Position numbers and translations under genes: made by a program. Positions 61,923 to 64,000 of a DNA stretch of 64,000 bases are shown one piece after another. Numbering within the stretch: the stretch's first letter is position 1; every line of letters begins with the position of its first letter. The notes beneath the pieces were generated by a model. That model was not told where the DNA came from, ran no database searches, and worked only from the letters and a program-made list of their open reading frames with translations. Source of the DNA: a virus (taxonomy: Duplodnaviria; Caudoviricetes); IMG/VR virus record IMGVR_UViG_3300010282_000004, positions 64,001-128,000 of that record, one strand, 5' to 3'.

Positions 61923-62858
61923 CTATGCACTAAGCACTACATCTAAGGCACGATCAAGCATCTTATTTCCATCGATTGTTTTAAGAAATTTGTTTTCCTT
62001 GTAGTTTGCAGTTCTTCTAAAGGGTTCAATGTGAGTTGTTGTATCTGCAACTGCCTGAATCAATCTTGCTCCAGTCTTATCTAACATGATTAAATCAGGA
62101 GCATCATTATATCTTCTGATAATATCTAACTGTATTACCTTAGCATTCTTAATTTGTGTTTCAGTCATCTTACTCTCGTCAATAGGAACAATATCATTAA
62201 CCATTCTTCTAAGAGAGATGTCGTTTAACTTAACCTTATACAGATCTTCGAAAGTTTCTTTTGTACTTTCCATATAAGCATGAGCAAGTTTTAATGTGTC
62301 ACTTGCATCATTTAACTTTGAGTTAATGTTTCCTGTATGTCTTGTAGACCATGTTCTACTTGCATTTCTCATTGCCATATTCAATGTGTTTTGGCATACA
62401 ACTCTAACAGGTGTCATAGCAACTCTAACAGAACCACTTCCATCATGTGTATTTGTAAATACTACATATGGATCTACCTTATCACCAAGAATGGTAAATT
62501 CATCTGGAAGTAATGCTAACAACCAAATTGTTCTTCCACCATTAAGCGATCCGGCAGTTTCATATCTTACACCTTCTCCAAGAAGAGAGTCTGTAAAATC
62601 AAATGCATCTCTGTTCTGTACAATCTGATATCTGTCACCTACAATACCAAGTGGCTTTCCGTCAACATCTCTTATGTTTACATAATTGCCAGGAATTTGG
62701 ATTCCATTTTCTGTGTAGATGTTCTGTCTTTCTACATTCCAATCAAGTCCTGCAAGTCTAATTGCATCTGCACTTGTTGGTGCTTCCTTTACAATAATTC
62801 CCATTCCATGCCACGGTGTTACTCTTGTTGAATACATTGTTTCTACGTTTGCTGCCAT
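61923..62858 (-). CDS. DUF932 family phage/plasmid protein
   Basis: MAANVETM...PWHG...AGLDW.V...YETAGSL.GG...HDGSG...TPVRVVCQNT. Confidence 0.85.
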   Translation of the reverse strand: MAANVETMYSTRVTPWHGMGIIVKEAPTSADAIRLAGLDWNVERQNIYTENGIQIPGNYVNIRDVDGKPLGIVGDRYQIVQNRDAFDFTDSLLGEGVRYETAGSLNGGRTIWLLALLPDEFTILGDKVDPYVVFTNTHDGSGSVRVAMTPVRVVCQNTLNMAMRNASRTWSTRHTGNINSKLNDASDTLKLAHAYMESTKETFEDLYKVKLNDISLRRMVNDIVPIDESKMTETQIKNAKVIQLDIIRRYNDAPDLIMLDKTGARLIQAVADTTTHIEPFRRTANYKENKFLKTIDGNKMLDRALDVVLSA

Positions 62859-62994
62859 AATTTTTTCCTCCTAAAAATTAGATTCGTTTATTAATCGTTC
62901 CATATTCAGTTGTATGCATGAGATTAAAGTGTATTGTTAAAATAAATCTTTCTTAATATAATTCACCTTGCATAACTTTATTCTCCTTTTTTGT

Positions 62995-63612
62995 TTATTC
63001 AAATGCCCATTTTGCAACTTGTTTATATGCATGTTCCATAAGATGCTCGTGTTTATCATCGTCTATCATTTTGGTTATTGCTATCTCACATTCTTTTTTG
63101 AATTTATCAAATGAATTTGTGATTGGAACTTCAATATTTGCATCGAACATAGTGTATGGGAATCCATTATAATTTCCATAATGATCATTTTCATCTTCAT
63201 CAATATTGGTGCAATATGTATTTGTATATAAATACCATGCACTTAAATCTAATGTATGCTGAAACTCAATACTTAAATCTCCAACACACACTTTTCCATA
63301 GAAATCAGATCCGTCAGTATTTTTAGTTAAATGATCAATCATCATTTCTGCCCATTCACTTTCTGTCATTGCCCATACAAACTCAAGTTTTTCAACATGT
63401 TGACAAACTTCTTGGCAAAAGATTACATCATCATTATCAAATACATGTAATGTATATTCATCATCTTCTGGTTCTCTATGTAGTCCAATTTCAAGGAATC
63501 TATTTGGTGTGTATTCAATTAATCTTCCGTTCTTTGACCACTCACCTGGTTTAAGTTCTCTCCAATCAGGGAACATTTCCTGTACAGAATCATCAACACT
63601 AATCTTTCTCAT
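62995..63612 (-). CDS. Hypothetical protein
   Basis: 205-aa ORF with RBS. Confidence 0.6.
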   Translation of the reverse strand: MRKISVDDSVQEMFPDWRELKPGEWSKNGRLIEYTPNRFLEIGLHREPEDDEYTLHVFDNDDVIFCQEVCQHVEKLEFVWAMTESEWAEMMIDHLTKNTDGSDFYGKVCVGDLSIEFQHTLDLSAWYLYTNTYCTNIDEDENDHYGNYNGFPYTMFDANIEVPITNSFDKFKKECEIAITKMIDDDKHEHLMEHAYKQVAKWAFE

Positions 63613-63614
63613 AC

Positions 63615-63887
63615 TTATTTACCTTCCTTTCCAATAATCTCGTTCCAAATGTTCATACCATCTTCACTGGTAATTTTTCCTTCAAGTTCCAATACTGTAA
63701 GAACTCCATTCCAAAATGCCAATGCAACTTCGTTTGGATTCTTAACATAAAACTGCATCAAATCATAACCGGGTCTCTTACATAAATACTTCCATACTTC
63801 ATTCCATGTTTTCATATTATTATTCCTCACTTTTTTTAATCTAAAAGGGAACCCATATAATGGATTCCCTTTTGTTATCAGTTCCAT
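63615..63887 (-). CDS. Hypothetical protein (probable start at MKTW)
   Basis: GAGG RBS before the internal Met. Confidence 0.5.
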   Translation of the reverse strand: MELITKGNPLYGFPFRLKKVRNNNMKTWNEVWKYLCKRPGYDLMQFYVKNPNEVALAFWNGVLTVLELEGKITSEDGMNIWNEIIGKEGK

Positions 63888-64000
63888 ATTCAGTTGTTAG
63901 TATTAAATTTCTTTTCGAAGAATACATCCCATTCTTCATCGCTTATTGATACAAGGCTATCAAAGTCAAGCCATTCAAGCTCAAGTCTAATAAACTCTTC

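Noticed and set aside
1-64000. CRISPR array, tRNA genes, DGR or retron
   Set aside because: No regularly spaced repeats, cloverleaf or reverse transcriptase motifs were seen by eye; a tRNAscan/Infernal run would be needed to exclude RNA genes fully

Overview
The whole window is an AT-rich segment of a large temperate Firmicutes phage with SPbeta-like organisation; a Clostridia/Lachnospiraceae host is inferred from gene content and RBS style, not shown. From left to right: (1) the end of the tail/receptor-binding module on the + strand (1-7136); (2) a large serine integrase; (3) a long minus-strand block of nucleotide metabolism genes (dUTPase, class III ribonucleotide reductase nrdD split by two HNH-carrying group I introns, guanylate kinase, a ThyX-like gene with an internal TAA, an SleB-type wall hydrolase); (4) a radical SAM/SPASM enzyme followed by three proteins sharing an N-terminal MKxRxDFVTNSSSSSFII tag; (5) a replisome (RecD2, DnaE, RecJ-like DHH protein, primase, DnaB, Sak4-like ATPase, SSB); (6) a TnpB IStron and a second TnpB-only element; (7) an array of small mosaic ORFs; (8) a sigma factor/repressor switch, a tyrosine recombinase, an intact IS3-family element and small early genes. 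The best candidate for an undescribed system is the rSAM plus shared-tag locus (20882-23747). Other highlights are the IStron with an exact in-frame splice reconstruction, a group I intron carrying a second passenger ORF, several structured ncRNA candidates, and a face-to-face promoter switch with a possible repressor-mimic peptide. All family assignments come from motif recognition by eye; no database search was run.
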